Numbered from the stretch's first letter, positions 50,855 through 61,718 are shown. The stretch: DNA of 64,000 bases from an uncultured Caldithrix sp. (GCA_964598255.1 CAZRBA010000096.1:2676-66675), one strand, 5' to 3'. Notes: generated by a model from the sequence alone, not told the origin. A program made the numbers and translations.

Positions 50855-51974
50855 GATCGAACAACTCAACAGGCAGTACGGCAGCAAAATTCCTTTTCAA
50901 TGGCTCGGCCAGATTCTTTTCGAAATACGATCGGCAAACCCAAATGAAATAAATTGGTTGCAAAACCGGTTCGATACTACGATAGTACCAGAACCAATTG
51001 CACAAAATAAGGGCAACAGCCCGATTTTACTTAAGCCTGAACTAACACAATTGTCGGATTTTCCTTCCGATATGCCCGCTTCGTTACAAAGCGTTGTGCA
51101 AAAAATAACCGCGTTTTTACAAGGATTCGATCCTCCTGTGTGGCAATGGGGACATAAGCGCCGTTTGGATTTTCGTCATGCACCTTTTATCATGGGAATT
51201 TTAAACGTAACTCCCGATTCATTTAGTGACGGAGGAAAATATTTCGATAGCGCGCAAGCGACGGATCGCGCATTGCAAATGGTAAGCGAAGGCGCTACGA
51301 TTATTGATATCGGCGGCGAATCAACGCGCCCTGGTGCCGATCCGGTTGGCGCGGAAGAAGAAATGAAGCGAGTTATTCCCGTTATCGAGGCCATTCGCCG
51401 GCATTCGGATATCCTGATATCGGTCGATACCTACAAAAGCAGTGTTGCCGAGCAGGCTTTGCAAGCCGGAGCGGACATGGTTAACGATATCAGCGGAGCG
51501 CAGTTCGATACGCAAATGGCCGAGGTAGTTCGCCGGGCCGGTTGCCCGCTTATTGTAATGCACATCAAGGGCCAACCGCGTAATATGCAAAAAAATCCGT
51601 ATTACGAAGATGTTGTTGCCGAAATTTATGCATATTTCGAAGAACGTATCCGAATCTTAACATCTGCCGGGCTTTCCATGGTTGCCATTGACCCGGGCAT
51701 TGGTTTCGGGAAACGCGTTACGGATAATTTACAGTTGCTTCGCGACTTAAAAGACTTTACTTTTCTAAATCGGCCCGTGCTAATCGGAACTTCGCGTAAA
51801 TCGTTCATCGGAGCAGTGTTGGGTAAGGAGACCGACCAACGTTTGTTCGGTAGTTTGGCCACACAGTTATTAGCCATAGAAAACGGTGCGCAAATTGTCC
51901 GCGTGCACGATGTCGCCGCAACCGCAGATGTGCTGAAAATGTACCGTTCCGTACGCGAAGGACAGGTAAAATGA
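50817..51974 (+). CDS. folP: Dihydropteroate synthase with ~110-aa N-terminal extension
   Basis: MGILNVTPDSFSDGG, GGESTRPG, DPGIGFGK, SRKSF and VRVHDV. Confidence 0.95.
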   Translation: MHLRPIHLTSKNRIEQLNRQYGSKIPFQWLGQILFEIRSANPNEINWLQNRFDTTIVPEPIAQNKGNSPILLKPELTQLSDFPSDMPASLQSVVQKITAFLQGFDPPVWQWGHKRRLDFRHAPFIMGILNVTPDSFSDGGKYFDSAQATDRALQMVSEGATIIDIGGESTRPGADPVGAEEEMKRVIPVIEAIRRHSDILISVDTYKSSVAEQALQAGADMVNDISGAQFDTQMAEVVRRAGCPLIVMHIKGQPRNMQKNPYYEDVVAEIYAYFEERIRILTSAGLSMVAIDPGIGFGKRVTDNLQLLRDLKDFTFLNRPVLIGTSRKSFIGAVLGKETDQRLFGSLATQLLAIENGAQIVRVHDVAATADVLKMYRSVREGQVK

Positions 51975-52016
51975 ACTGCAAAGAAACGTTTGGTTTAGGC
52001 AAAGGAAAAACCATCC

Positions 52017-52826
52017 ATGCTGTTTAAAATCGGCTTTATTCCGGTAACAATTATCGATGTGATCGATATTTTAATTGTCACCTGGATTTTTTACGAGCTG
52101 TACATTTTTTTACAAGGTACCATTGCTATTCGCATGTTTACCGGATTACTGGTTATTATTGTTGTTTCCATCATCGGTGAATTGCTGAGCATGAGCGCAT
52201 TAACCTGGATTATGTCCAGCCTAAAAACCGTATGGGTGTTGGCATTTGTGATTTTATTTCAGCCGGAATTGCGTCGCTTGCTTGTATTTATCGGCCAGAG
52301 TAGGATTATCCAAAAATTTGTCAAAGTGGGAAATTTGGGCTTTATCGATGAAATTGTGGCGGCGGTATTGGAGCTGTCCAATAAAAATTTTGGCGCGCTA
52401 ATCGTTATCGAGCGCGATATGGGGTTAAAATCGATTATTGATACAGGCATTGAAATTCAGGCCAAAGTAACCCGCCAGCTAATCAGCTCCATTTTTAATC
52501 CGCGATCGCCTTTGCATGACGGCGCGATGATTATCCAGAACGATATTATCGTAGCGGCCAAAACCGTTTTGCCGTTATCACAAAATCCGAAAATCGATCC
52601 CGCTTTGGGTACCCGGCATCGGGCGGCACTCGGCCTTTCGGAGCAAACCGATGCCTTTATTATTGTCGTTTCCGAAGAAACGGGAATGATTTCGTATGCC
52701 GAAAACGGCAAGCTGGTACGCGGTTTAACCGAAAGCATGCTGCGTAAGCGCCTGAACGAAATTTACACTCCCAAACCGCACGGAAAGATATCTCAAATTT
52801 TTTCGGTTTCTGCCGATACTCATTAG
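52017..52826 (+). CDS. cdaA: Diadenylate cyclase CdaA/DacA
   Basis: Three N-terminal TM segments; FQPELRR, LHDGA, GTRHRAA and VSEETG. Confidence 0.94.
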   Translation: MLFKIGFIPVTIIDVIDILIVTWIFYELYIFLQGTIAIRMFTGLLVIIVVSIIGELLSMSALTWIMSSLKTVWVLAFVILFQPELRRLLVFIGQSRIIQKFVKVGNLGFIDEIVAAVLELSNKNFGALIVIERDMGLKSIIDTGIEIQAKVTRQLISSIFNPRSPLHDGAMIIQNDIIVAAKTVLPLSQNPKIDPALGTRHRAALGLSEQTDAFIIVVSEETGMISYAENGKLVRGLTESMLRKRLNEIYTPKPHGKISQIFSVSADTH

Positions 52827-52958
52827 AACGCGGTGCGTTAAACGGATTTCGTAAAAAAAGAAAAACAGTGCCGGCCAACCGCGTGACAATTGTCAATGAA
52901 AATCAAAAGTTTTAAGGCTATTCTAAAACGTTTAATTAATGCTGATTTTAGAGTCGAT

Positions 52959-55900
52959 ATGAAGAAGATCGTATTTTTGATATTATTTGTTTTCCATCTT
53001 GGCTTTGCCGCCGACTACACATTTAAAATAATCGAGCAAACACCAGCTTATTTACATGTAAAGGTTACCTTTAAGGCCCCCGACCTCGTTAACGAAAACG
53101 GAGCGCAGGTTGCGCAGTACACGCATGCGGCTTTTACCTTGGATCAAAATAAACATTACATTCCTGCGGTCACCCGTTTTTTTAATCTTGATATTACGCA
53201 AACGCCGCCTGTTGCGGTTACGGATGTCAAGACGGCGCGATTACAGGTAAAACAATATTTGGTTGCGCGGGATAAAAAATTACGTGGCCAATCTGTCGAA
53301 GCGTGGGCCGATGTCCGGTATTTGGGGCAAATGGGAAATGCGCCAATTCTGGCTTTGACCTTGTTCCCCGTTCGTGTAAACGCCGACCATCGGCAAATTA
53401 CCTATTTAAAGTCGATCGAAATAAAAATCGGGAACAAAAACAATCCCTTTTTAGCCAAAACTTCGCAAACCGGCCAAGCGGCCCGGATTAATCCGCACAT
53501 GGCCAAGGCTTTTTTGTTAAATGCAGCCAAGCGGGTTTTTACCACTTCCGTCCGGCAGCAGGCACAGGCAAAAGCGTACCTTGCAGACGAAGAACACTAT
53601 CGGGCATGGCAATCGGTGTTAAATAACAAAATCGTTTTTAAACTGAAAGTTAAAGAAGACGGTATTTACAAAGTTACCTATGACGAATTGGCCAGAGCGG
53701 GGTTCCCGCTGAGCGGCATCGATCCCACCCATTTGGCTCTTTACAACAAAGGGAAGGAAGTGCCGATTTACGTTAAAGGAGAAAAAGATTTTTCTTTTGA
53801 CGAGAACGACTACATCGAATTTTGGGGCGAGAAAAATCAAAAAACATTTTACGCTAAATATCCCGAATTGTATTCCGATCCCTTTAGCGATGTAAATGTG
53901 TATTGGTTGGTTTATCTTCCGCACAAAGGCTTACGTTTGTTGGAAGAAAGCGGCGGTATTACCACCTCGCACAATCAATTGGTGATCAGCCCGTACGCCT
54001 TCCGCGATACGCTCCACTTCGAACAAAACAATTCCGCACAAAAATTCGGACATACCTACGCCCTGGTTAACCGTCCTGCGTACGAAATCGATCAGTACTA
54101 TTACGACGCCGGTGTTTCGGCTCCGGGCAGTATTGGCTATGATTTTTATCTGCCGCATCCTGCGGATTTCGGCGCGGACGTTACGGTTTGGGTGATGCTG
54201 CGGGGGAAATCGTATTACGATGCCACACAAAATCCGCTTAAAGGACATCAAGTGTCCGTTAAAATTCGTGGTAAGGGAAATGTAGCCCGATTAGTGGGCC
54301 GGGTAATGCCAAAAGACGGTTGGAAAGATCAATACAAACGGATGATTACCAACGCCGACTCCGCGGTAAAAATCGATCAGTCCGTTTTAAAAGACGGAAC
54401 CAATCGTCTGGAAGTGGATATGTTTCAAAACGGCGTAACCGATATTGTGCTGCTTAATTGGTTTAATATTAGTTATTTGCATTTATACAAGGCCGATCAC
54501 AACTATTTGAAATTTCATGTGGATCGGGACTTTTTTGACGGCCGGTATGTCAAATTGGGCGATCGCATTCAGTTTAATGTGGACGGTTTTAGCAAAAACA
54601 AAATCGATGTCTACAAATTGGGAATCAGCAAAATAACGAATGTGGAAGTTAAACCGGTTACGGACGAAAAGACGAAAAAATTTTCTTATGGAATCAGCTT
54701 TCAGGATGAAATTGTTGATCCGTCGGTACATTACGTAGCATTAACCGACGATCAAAAAAAGCAAGTACTTTCCATCGAAGCTTACCGTCATTGGCAAGAA
54801 GACGATCCGCAACGTTCTTTACTGGACGGCAGCAATGCTGCCGATTATCTGATTATTACGCATGATTTGTTAAGCCGAGAATGCCAACGGCTTAAGGCCT
54901 TAAAAGAGGCACAGGGGTACCATGTGCAAATTGTTACGGTACGTGATATTTACGACCTATTTCATTACGGGATCAAATCGCCGTTGGCCATAAAGGATTT
55001 CATTCGTTATGCATACGAACATTGGGATGCTTCCGTTCCTTTGGAATATGTGGTATTGGTCGGAGATGCCAGCGCAAATTATCGTTCCGATGCCGATTTG
55101 GTTCCCACCATTTATTACCAAACGTTAAAGTTCGGTGCGGCCGAATCGGATTACCAATATGCCCTGTTAGAGGGAGACGATTACATTCCCGAGGTAATTG
55201 TTAGCCGTATTCCGGCCGGTTCGATTTACGAATTGAAAAACTATCTGGATAAGCTGGAGCATTATTCGTCGCAACCGGAAGGCGATTGGATAAATCGTAC
55301 ACTCTTCCTTTCGGGATATGATGGTACAAAAGAATACCTCACCGGAAAACCCGTATTCCGTAGCCAAAGCCTGCGGATTATTCGGCACCGTTTGCCCGCC
55401 GGATTTTTTGCGGAACAAATTAATTCCATTAAAGATCAAAACCGCAATCCAGATGCGCATTTTGGCAATTCCCGCGATGTGATCGATTTTTTTGACGACG
55501 GTCTTTCATTTGTGAATTTTGTGGGCCATGGCGGCGGTGCCATTTGGGCCGATGCTGGTTTGATGGGATTGGAAGAGGCAGACCAACTAAACAACGGTTA
55601 CAAATTACCGTTTATTTCCAGTATGACTTGTTTTACGGGTAGTTTCGGTAATGCCGGTAGAAACTCTTTGGGCGAACGACTTCTTTTTGGTGAAAAAAAA
55701 GGGGCGATTGCTTTTTTGGGCTCTTCCGGTGTGGGGTGGATTTACAACGATTACGCCATTGAATGGGGGCTTTTCGATTACTTGTGGAATCCCGATTTAA
55801 CCATTGGGCAGGCCGTGCAACTGATGAAAATATACTATCTGGCCAATCCCTTTTATTACACCGAAGACGGCTATTTTTACACTTTCGGTTACGGAACCAT

Positions 55901-58001
55901 TCGCCATTCTCAGGTTTCGCAATACAATTTGTTGGGCGATCCGGCAATTCATATCGTACAACCGAAAAATCGTTTGAGCGTGCAACCCGATCGACCTGTT
56001 GCTCTTCCGGCGGATAAAGTGGTGGTTTTGTTGCGCTCCTTACCCCAAGATGCGCAGGTAACGCTGGAAGTAACAGACCAAGAAAACTACAAAGTGTTTA
56101 CCGCGCAAACCACGGTTACCGGAGACAAGGCAGAAATTCCCTTTACGGTTCCGCAGAATATTTCGCCGCAAATTTTAACAATTAAGGCATTTGCCCGAAG
56201 CGGAGAAATTACCGCCCATGGGCAGGCGAAAATTGCCATCGCTCAACCCGTTATTCGTAAAATAGAAACATTTCCCGCCAGACCGCAGGTTTTTGACTCG
56301 ATTTCGTTTGCGATTACCGTTCGATATCTTGACGACCCCGTGGAAAACGTGGCTATTGTTAATTTGACCGATGCCAACGGATATCAGAATTATCCGCAAA
56401 CCATTCCTTTACAAAAGGCAAACGATAGTTTGTTCCGCAGCATCGAGCCTTTTCCTGGTTTTTCCGCGGGCGGTAAAAAATTATTTGATGTGCGTTTAAC
56501 AACCCGCAGCGGAAAAACATTTGTCGAACATTGGAAAACCTTGCAAATTACCGATCCGCGACCCGATATTTTAATTGTACCCAACAGCGTTGCTTGGGGC
56601 GGGAAGCAAAAATTACAACTTATGTTTAACGTAAAAAACAATTCGGGCATAAAAGTGCAATCGGTTCGAGTGGCCTGCTATGATGACAGGATCAAAGAAA
56701 ACGCACCGTTTGCCATCGTAACCACCGCTCTGGATAGCAACGAACAAAAGGAAATTCGGGTGGCCATGCCCGATACATTGGTTTATGCCCCTTACCATCG
56801 CATCAAAATTGTTGCCGATCCGGATTCGGCAATAGCAGAAAAAAACGAAATGAACAATATCATTCAAACAAACCTGTACTTAAATTATTTTTACGCCAGT
56901 ACAGCTTTGGGCACCACTTTAAACGGCAAAACCCATCAGAACGTTACCTTCTCGGGTATATGGCGCTTTGAAATTCCCAAAGCAAGCTTGCCCGAACAAA
57001 CGTTGTTTGGGTTGGCTTTGCAAAATGTAAGCAAAGCCGTGGACGAGACACATCGCAGCGATTTGCATTTTGTGCCGATCGATGGAGAAACGGATTCATC
57101 TGGGTTGAAATTAACGTTTTTCAATCCCGCAGTGGAGGGTAAGGTAAAAGGAAAATTAAGCGTTGCCATAGATACAACCCGTTTGAAGAATATTCAAAAG
57201 TCGGGCATATCTGTTTATCGGTTCGATCAAAACTCGCGCACCTGGATGGTGCAAGCTTGTACCTGGTTAAACGAAAAAACAATTCAGGCGAATGTTACCC
57301 GTTCCGGTTTGTTTGCCGTTTTTTATTCTACCGATCGCAAACAGCCCATGTTAGAAATTACGGTTAACGGGCGTCCCTTGCTCAGTGGTATGCTTGTACC
57401 TCGGCAACCGACCATGGGCATTTTGTTACAGGATGCCAACGGAATTGACTTACACCATACCGTAGATTTGAAAATTGACGATCGCTATTACGTAAAGGAC
57501 GGTCTTGTGGTAAATCAGGCGGTCAGTTTCCCACAGGATGCCCGATCCGTTAAAAATATTCAGATCACATTAAGCCCCGATCTAAAGTCAGGACCTCACG
57601 AATTAACAGTTAAAGCGGCCGATGTCAACGGGAATACGGCCGAAAAGGAATTAAATTTTTCCGTAACCGATAATTTTGATATTATCGTCTATGGCAACTA
57701 TCCGAATCCGTTTAAAGACAAAACGATTATTTCTTACACCATCGAAAGCAACGAGCCAATAGACAATTTGTCGATTAAAATTTACACGACATCCGGACGT
57801 CTGATTCGTTCCAAGATGCTGGATTTGGATGAGACGGTTCCGGACGATGATATCCTTGAGCCCAATTATCACGAATTGGTATGGGACGGAACCGATGACG
57901 ACGGGAATCCGGTAGCCAACGGTGTTTATTTTGCAATTATCAAAGGGAAGTACAAAAATAAAACAGTAAAACGTATGTTAAAAATAGCCAGATTACAGTA
58001 A
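52959..58001 (+). CDS. PorU-like C25 (gingipain-family) cysteine peptidase with CARDB-like and C-terminal FlgD-Ig/T9SS-type domains
   Basis: Signal peptide from ATG 52959; GIYKVTYDEL, ADYLIIT, YVVLVGDA, catalytic GHG and MTC, YNLLGDP; C-terminal NYPNPF...WDGTDDDGNPVANGVYF. Confidence 0.85.
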   Translation: MKKIVFLILFVFHLGFAADYTFKIIEQTPAYLHVKVTFKAPDLVNENGAQVAQYTHAAFTLDQNKHYIPAVTRFFNLDITQTPPVAVTDVKTARLQVKQYLVARDKKLRGQSVEAWADVRYLGQMGNAPILALTLFPVRVNADHRQITYLKSIEIKIGNKNNPFLAKTSQTGQAARINPHMAKAFLLNAAKRVFTTSVRQQAQAKAYLADEEHYRAWQSVLNNKIVFKLKVKEDGIYKVTYDELARAGFPLSGIDPTHLALYNKGKEVPIYVKGEKDFSFDENDYIEFWGEKNQKTFYAKYPELYSDPFSDVNVYWLVYLPHKGLRLLEESGGITTSHNQLVISPYAFRDTLHFEQNNSAQKFGHTYALVNRPAYEIDQYYYDAGVSAPGSIGYDFYLPHPADFGADVTVWVMLRGKSYYDATQNPLKGHQVSVKIRGKGNVARLVGRVMPKDGWKDQYKRMITNADSAVKIDQSVLKDGTNRLEVDMFQNGVTDIVLLNWFNISYLHLYKADHNYLKFHVDRDFFDGRYVKLGDRIQFNVDGFSKNKIDVYKLGISKITNVEVKPVTDEKTKKFSYGISFQDEIVDPSVHYVALTDDQKKQVLSIEAYRHWQEDDPQRSLLDGSNAADYLIITHDLLSRECQRLKALKEAQGYHVQIVTVRDIYDLFHYGIKSPLAIKDFIRYAYEHWDASVPLEYVVLVGDASANYRSDADLVPTIYYQTLKFGAAESDYQYALLEGDDYIPEVIVSRIPAGSIYELKNYLDKLEHYSSQPEGDWINRTLFLSGYDGTKEYLTGKPVFRSQSLRIIRHRLPAGFFAEQINSIKDQNRNPDAHFGNSRDVIDFFDDGLSFVNFVGHGGGAIWADAGLMGLEEADQLNNGYKLPFISSMTCFTGSFGNAGRNSLGERLLFGEKKGAIAFLGSSGVGWIYNDYAIEWGLFDYLWNPDLTIGQAVQLMKIYYLANPFYYTEDGYFYTFGYGTIRHSQVSQYNLLGDPAIHIVQPKNRLSVQPDRPVALPADKVVVLLRSLPQDAQVTLEVTDQENYKVFTAQTTVTGDKAEIPFTVPQNISPQILTIKAFARSGEITAHGQAKIAIAQPVIRKIETFPARPQVFDSISFAITVRYLDDPVENVAIVNLTDANGYQNYPQTIPLQKANDSLFRSIEPFPGFSAGGKKLFDVRLTTRSGKTFVEHWKTLQITDPRPDILIVPNSVAWGGKQKLQLMFNVKNNSGIKVQSVRVACYDDRIKENAPFAIVTTALDSNEQKEIRVAMPDTLVYAPYHRIKIVADPDSAIAEKNEMNNIIQTNLYLNYFYASTALGTTLNGKTHQNVTFSGIWRFEIPKASLPEQTLFGLALQNVSKAVDETHRSDLHFVPIDGETDSSGLKLTFFNPAVEGKVKGKLSVAIDTTRLKNIQKSGISVYRFDQNSRTWMVQACTWLNEKTIQANVTRSGLFAVFYSTDRKQPMLEITVNGRPLLSGMLVPRQPTMGILLQDANGIDLHHTVDLKIDDRYYVKDGLVVNQAVSFPQDARSVKNIQITLSPDLKSGPHELTVKAADVNGNTAEKELNFSVTDNFDIIVYGNYPNPFKDKTIISYTIESNEPIDNLSIKIYTTSGRLIRSKMLDLDETVPDDDILEPNYHELVWDGTDDDGNPVANGVYFAIIKGKYKNKTVKRMLKIARLQ

Positions 58002-59014
58002 TGAAAAAGATTTTACTTATTTGTTTTATCGGATTTTGGGTTTCTTTTGGACTAACCCAATCCGGGCATTATGCGGCTTCGTTTTTGGAGTTGGGTGCGG
58101 GCGCACGCACTTTAGCCATGGGCGGCGCTGCCGTTGCCGGAAACGATGATGTTACTTCCGTTTTTTACAATCCCGGCCAATTGGGTTTGGTTAGACACTT
58201 TCAGGCCGGTAGTATGTATGCCAATTTGTTTGACAAGTTGGAACAACAAAGCTATGTGGGCGCGGTAATTCCTTTGATGCACAATGCCACCATTGCTTTT
58301 TCGTGGATGCGTTTAAGCATTGACGAAATTCCCCGTTTTGACTTTGACGAAGAACATGCGCGCACGGCTTATGAACGTTTACACGGATTGGCCGAGCAAT
58401 TAACGGCCGGTCCGGTAGACTTTTTTTCTAACCAAAATGATGTGTTTGTTTTCAGTTTTTCCAGATTGATCCGGCACAATTTGGATTTAGGGTGGCAGTA
58501 TTTTGAAATACCGATCAAATTAGGATTCGGAGCAAATGTCAAATACATACGGCAAACAATCGATAAAAATTCGGGTACGGGAATAGGGATTGATTTCGGG
58601 CTGTTTACAGGATTCAGTTTAAACGATATTTTTGCCGGTTCCAATTTCGGAGATTTGTCATTCGGTTTGAATATACAGGATTTGACACAAACGCGAATCG
58701 TATGGAATACGGATAGCAAACACGCCGATCGAATTAGCCGAAACTTTAAATTTGGTTTTGCCTATGTGCAACCATTGCCTTTTTTAAAAAGTATGCTTAG
58801 GTTTAACTACGATATGGACAGCCGTTACGATGGAAATACGCATATTGGCGGAGAATTGCTTATTCGCTCTTTGTTTGCGGTTCGTATCGGAGCTAACGCC
58901 GGTTTTTTTACGGCCGGAGCCGGAATTGAATTATGGAGATTCCGATTGGATTATGCCTACCAAAGTCATGATCTTGGCAATTCGCATCGTGTTTCACTAA
59001 TATTGGTGTTTTAA
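58001..59014 (+). CDS. PorV/PorQ family (FadL-like) outer-membrane beta-barrel
   Basis: FLELGAGARTLAMGGA, FYNPGQL, GIDFG and DYAY...LGNSHRVSL..F. Confidence 0.85.
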   Translation: MKKILLICFIGFWVSFGLTQSGHYAASFLELGAGARTLAMGGAAVAGNDDVTSVFYNPGQLGLVRHFQAGSMYANLFDKLEQQSYVGAVIPLMHNATIAFSWMRLSIDEIPRFDFDEEHARTAYERLHGLAEQLTAGPVDFFSNQNDVFVFSFSRLIRHNLDLGWQYFEIPIKLGFGANVKYIRQTIDKNSGTGIGIDFGLFTGFSLNDIFAGSNFGDLSFGLNIQDLTQTRIVWNTDSKHADRISRNFKFGFAYVQPLPFLKSMLRFNYDMDSRYDGNTHIGGELLIRSLFAVRIGANAGFFTAGAGIELWRFRLDYAYQSHDLGNSHRVSLILVF

Positions 59015-59022
59015 AGAGTATT

Positions 59023-59808
59023 ATGTTTTGGTTACTGATTTTTATTATTTTCATCGGTGCATGCGATAGCGGTACCAATAAAAAAGAAGAACCACCCGCA
59101 CCGGTTCAACTGGTTCTCAGAACGGTCGGTGCCGACACGACCAATGCGGAATCTGGTATTGATGCGGTACCTACTCCTGAAGGTGAAATTAACCATATCC
59201 AAATTCAGTGGTATCATCATCCACAAAACAATCGGTTGCTGAAATTCAACATTTATCGTTCACAGGAAGTCGGAGGCGGTAAAAATTATCTATTGGAAGG
59301 TAGTGTTCAAGCCAACGTTCCCGGACAGGCCGATACTATTTTTTTTGACACTCAAGATTTACAATTAAACGTACGATACTATTATTACGTTACCGCTGTA
59401 AACAAAGACATGATTGAAAGCATAAGTTCGGATACCGTTTCATACCAGTTAATGGAAAAACCGGTAAAACTTTCGTTAAATGCCAATGCCAGTGTGATCA
59501 AACGACCGGATATGGTTTTTGAATGGTGGATGGAATCGGGTAATACGCCGGATCGTTACATCTTACGGGTTGAACGATTTTATTCTAAAGATGTCCATAT
59601 TTTGGCCTATATTAAATATGTAAAAACCGAATACGGATCGGCGCATCAAAGTTTTCGGTTACAGGGTGATTCTTTGAAAACGATATTCCCGAACGGGAAG
59701 TACCGCTGGAGAGTGGATTGTGTGGGCCGGGAGGATGTGATCCATCAATACTTTGAAGGTTCGGAATCAAATTGGAAGATATTTGATGTAATGTGGGGTG
59801 ATGAATGA
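59023..59808 (+). CDS. Lipoprotein with two Fn3/Ig-like domains
   Basis: Lipobox IGAC; FNIYRS...YYYYVTAVN..ES..S Fn3 pattern; GKYRWRVD. Confidence 0.7.
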   Translation: MFWLLIFIIFIGACDSGTNKKEEPPAPVQLVLRTVGADTTNAESGIDAVPTPEGEINHIQIQWYHHPQNNRLLKFNIYRSQEVGGGKNYLLEGSVQANVPGQADTIFFDTQDLQLNVRYYYYVTAVNKDMIESISSDTVSYQLMEKPVKLSLNANASVIKRPDMVFEWWMESGNTPDRYILRVERFYSKDVHILAYIKYVKTEYGSAHQSFRLQGDSLKTIFPNGKYRWRVDCVGREDVIHQYFEGSESNWKIFDVMWGDE

Positions 59809-60302
59809 AATATCCGTTACGCATGTTTTTAATATTTTTATTTTTAACCGCTGCGCTACACGCACAGGATTACAGTAAAATGTTTCAGAGGCAACAACGT
59901 AGAATGCCCCAGCAGGCTAATCCGGCGGCACAATACATTTTGGGCAACGGAGATGTATTATTGGTTACGGTTAACCTTTGGGGGCATGTTTTAAAACCCG
60001 GTATTTACAGCGTTCCCAGCAATTATACGTTAATCGATTTGATCTCTTCGGCCGGTGGCCCGTTAAGTTCTGCGCGTTTGAGTGATGTGCGCATTGTGCG
60101 TAAAAATCAGCAAGTGATAAAAGTGGATTTGGAGAAATTTTTAAAAACGGGTGATAGCAGCAATATTCCGCCTTTGCAGCCCGGCGATACGATCATCGTG
60201 TCTGGTAGCATACAGGATATATTCACAAAGTTGGTGGGAATTTTTAGGGACTTGGCTATTATTGCCAATGTGTTTGTTTTGGCAGCGCGGGTGAATCGTT
60301 AA
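59805..60302 (+). CDS. Small secreted SLBB-domain protein (Wza-like) with C-terminal amphipathic helix
   Basis: WGHVLKPGIY, DLISSAGG, VRIVR and LQPGDTIIV, then IFTKLVGIFRDLAIIANVFVL. Confidence 0.8.
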   Translation: MKYPLRMFLIFLFLTAALHAQDYSKMFQRQQRRMPQQANPAAQYILGNGDVLLVTVNLWGHVLKPGIYSVPSNYTLIDLISSAGGPLSSARLSDVRIVRKNQQVIKVDLEKFLKTGDSSNIPPLQPGDTIIVSGSIQDIFTKLVGIFRDLAIIANVFVLAARVNR

Positions 60303-60379
60303 AACGGCGAGTTCCGGCTATCGGTTCTTCGATTTTTAAGTTGATATTAATGTAAGGAATTGCGAACTTAGGTAAATTA

Positions 60380-60408
60380 TTGAAAATTAAAAAAATTTTA
60401 TCTATCTT
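60380..60408 (+). promoter_or_regulatory. Putative sigma70-type promoter for the barrel pair
   Basis: TTGAAA, 17-bp spacer, TATCTT. Confidence 0.45.
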
Positions 60409-60459
60409 AAAAAAATAACAAATCAGAAACCATTCACTTATCTGATTTGGGAGTTTGTC

Positions 60460-61644
60460 ATGAAAAAACGAATTCTTCTTTCCATTGCTATCACATTATT
60501 GGTGATATTGCCGGCCTTCGCTCAATTACCCAATGCCGACCGGACATTGTTTTACACCCAAACGGGTCGTACGATTGAACCGGGGCGGTTGTTCATGTAC
60601 AATGAGATGAATTTTTTTACCAAAGTGGGCGATTTTGTCGGGAATTTGAAACCACAAAATTTTAAAGCTGTCAATTATTGGTTGGTTGCCGGTAACACCG
60701 CGTTTACCTACGGCATTGCCGATCATTTCGATGCTACTTTAGGAATTCGCGTGTATCAGGATACGCATTACAGTAACGAGTTCAATTTACCGGATGATAT
60801 TTTTCTTACATTTCGTGCGGGAAATTTTGCCATGGGTAACGGGTTTTTTCGCGGTGCCTTACTGACCAGTTTTCGCATTCCTACCGGACAAAAACATAAT
60901 TATCCGTTTGCCGAATATGCCAGCGGTGCCTTCGAATATTCGTTTTTAGGTGCTATCTCATTTTATCTGGATCCTTATTTCCCCGATCGTACGTTTAGTA
61001 TCCATTACAATATCGGTATTTGGGACCATAACGAAAAAGGTCATACGCTTTATACCTATGAAAGCGGTTATACGGATCCCCGTGGCGTTTACCACCCTAA
61101 AGGGGAAAAATTAGTAGCCACGGTAAATTCGGTGGATTTGCGCATGGCTTTGGCTGCAATTTATCCTACGGACATGTTTGATTTTCGTGTGGAGCTTTCG
61201 GGGATTTTATATTTACAACGCCCGAATGATTTTGTGTACAGTGCGGAAGAGTGGGCCTTTTTGAGTCCGAGTGTCCGTTATAAACCGGCGGAATGGTTAT
61301 CTTTGGATTTCGGGGCCGATTTTCGGGTATCCCCTTCGGTGCGCCAATGGACAAGCACAATTATCCCGGACATTTCCGATCGGGTGGACATGCCTAAAAA
61401 TTATCCATCTTGGCGCATACATCTGGGAGCAAACGTTAACTTTCAGTTGGGCCGCGGACCACAAAAGGCCGTGGATGTGTATGAACGTGAAAAAATCAAA
61501 GAAAAACGCGACTTTTTCGAGACCGTTTTAAAGGAAAAAGAAAAGACGAAATCAGTTCAAGGCGAAATTGAAAGTTTGCGTAAACTGCGTAAAGAAGCTG
61601 AAAAAGAAATCAAAGACTTGAAAAAAATACTTGAAGAAAAATAA
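60460..61644 (+). CDS. Putative outer-membrane beta-barrel with C-terminal coiled coil (copy 1)
   Basis: Signal peptide, aromatic-rich beta-strands and a K/E-rich heptad tail over the last ~55 aa. Confidence 0.7.
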   Translation: MKKRILLSIAITLLVILPAFAQLPNADRTLFYTQTGRTIEPGRLFMYNEMNFFTKVGDFVGNLKPQNFKAVNYWLVAGNTAFTYGIADHFDATLGIRVYQDTHYSNEFNLPDDIFLTFRAGNFAMGNGFFRGALLTSFRIPTGQKHNYPFAEYASGAFEYSFLGAISFYLDPYFPDRTFSIHYNIGIWDHNEKGHTLYTYESGYTDPRGVYHPKGEKLVATVNSVDLRMALAAIYPTDMFDFRVELSGILYLQRPNDFVYSAEEWAFLSPSVRYKPAEWLSLDFGADFRVSPSVRQWTSTIIPDISDRVDMPKNYPSWRIHLGANVNFQLGRGPQKAVDVYEREKIKEKRDFFETVLKEKEKTKSVQGEIESLRKLRKEAEKEIKDLKKILEEK

Positions 61645-61718
61645 AAAATAATCAAAGAAATTTAAAAAGTTGCCGAGCATTAAGATTCAAGCTAATAAAG
61701 TTTTTCTGGGAGGTTGAA

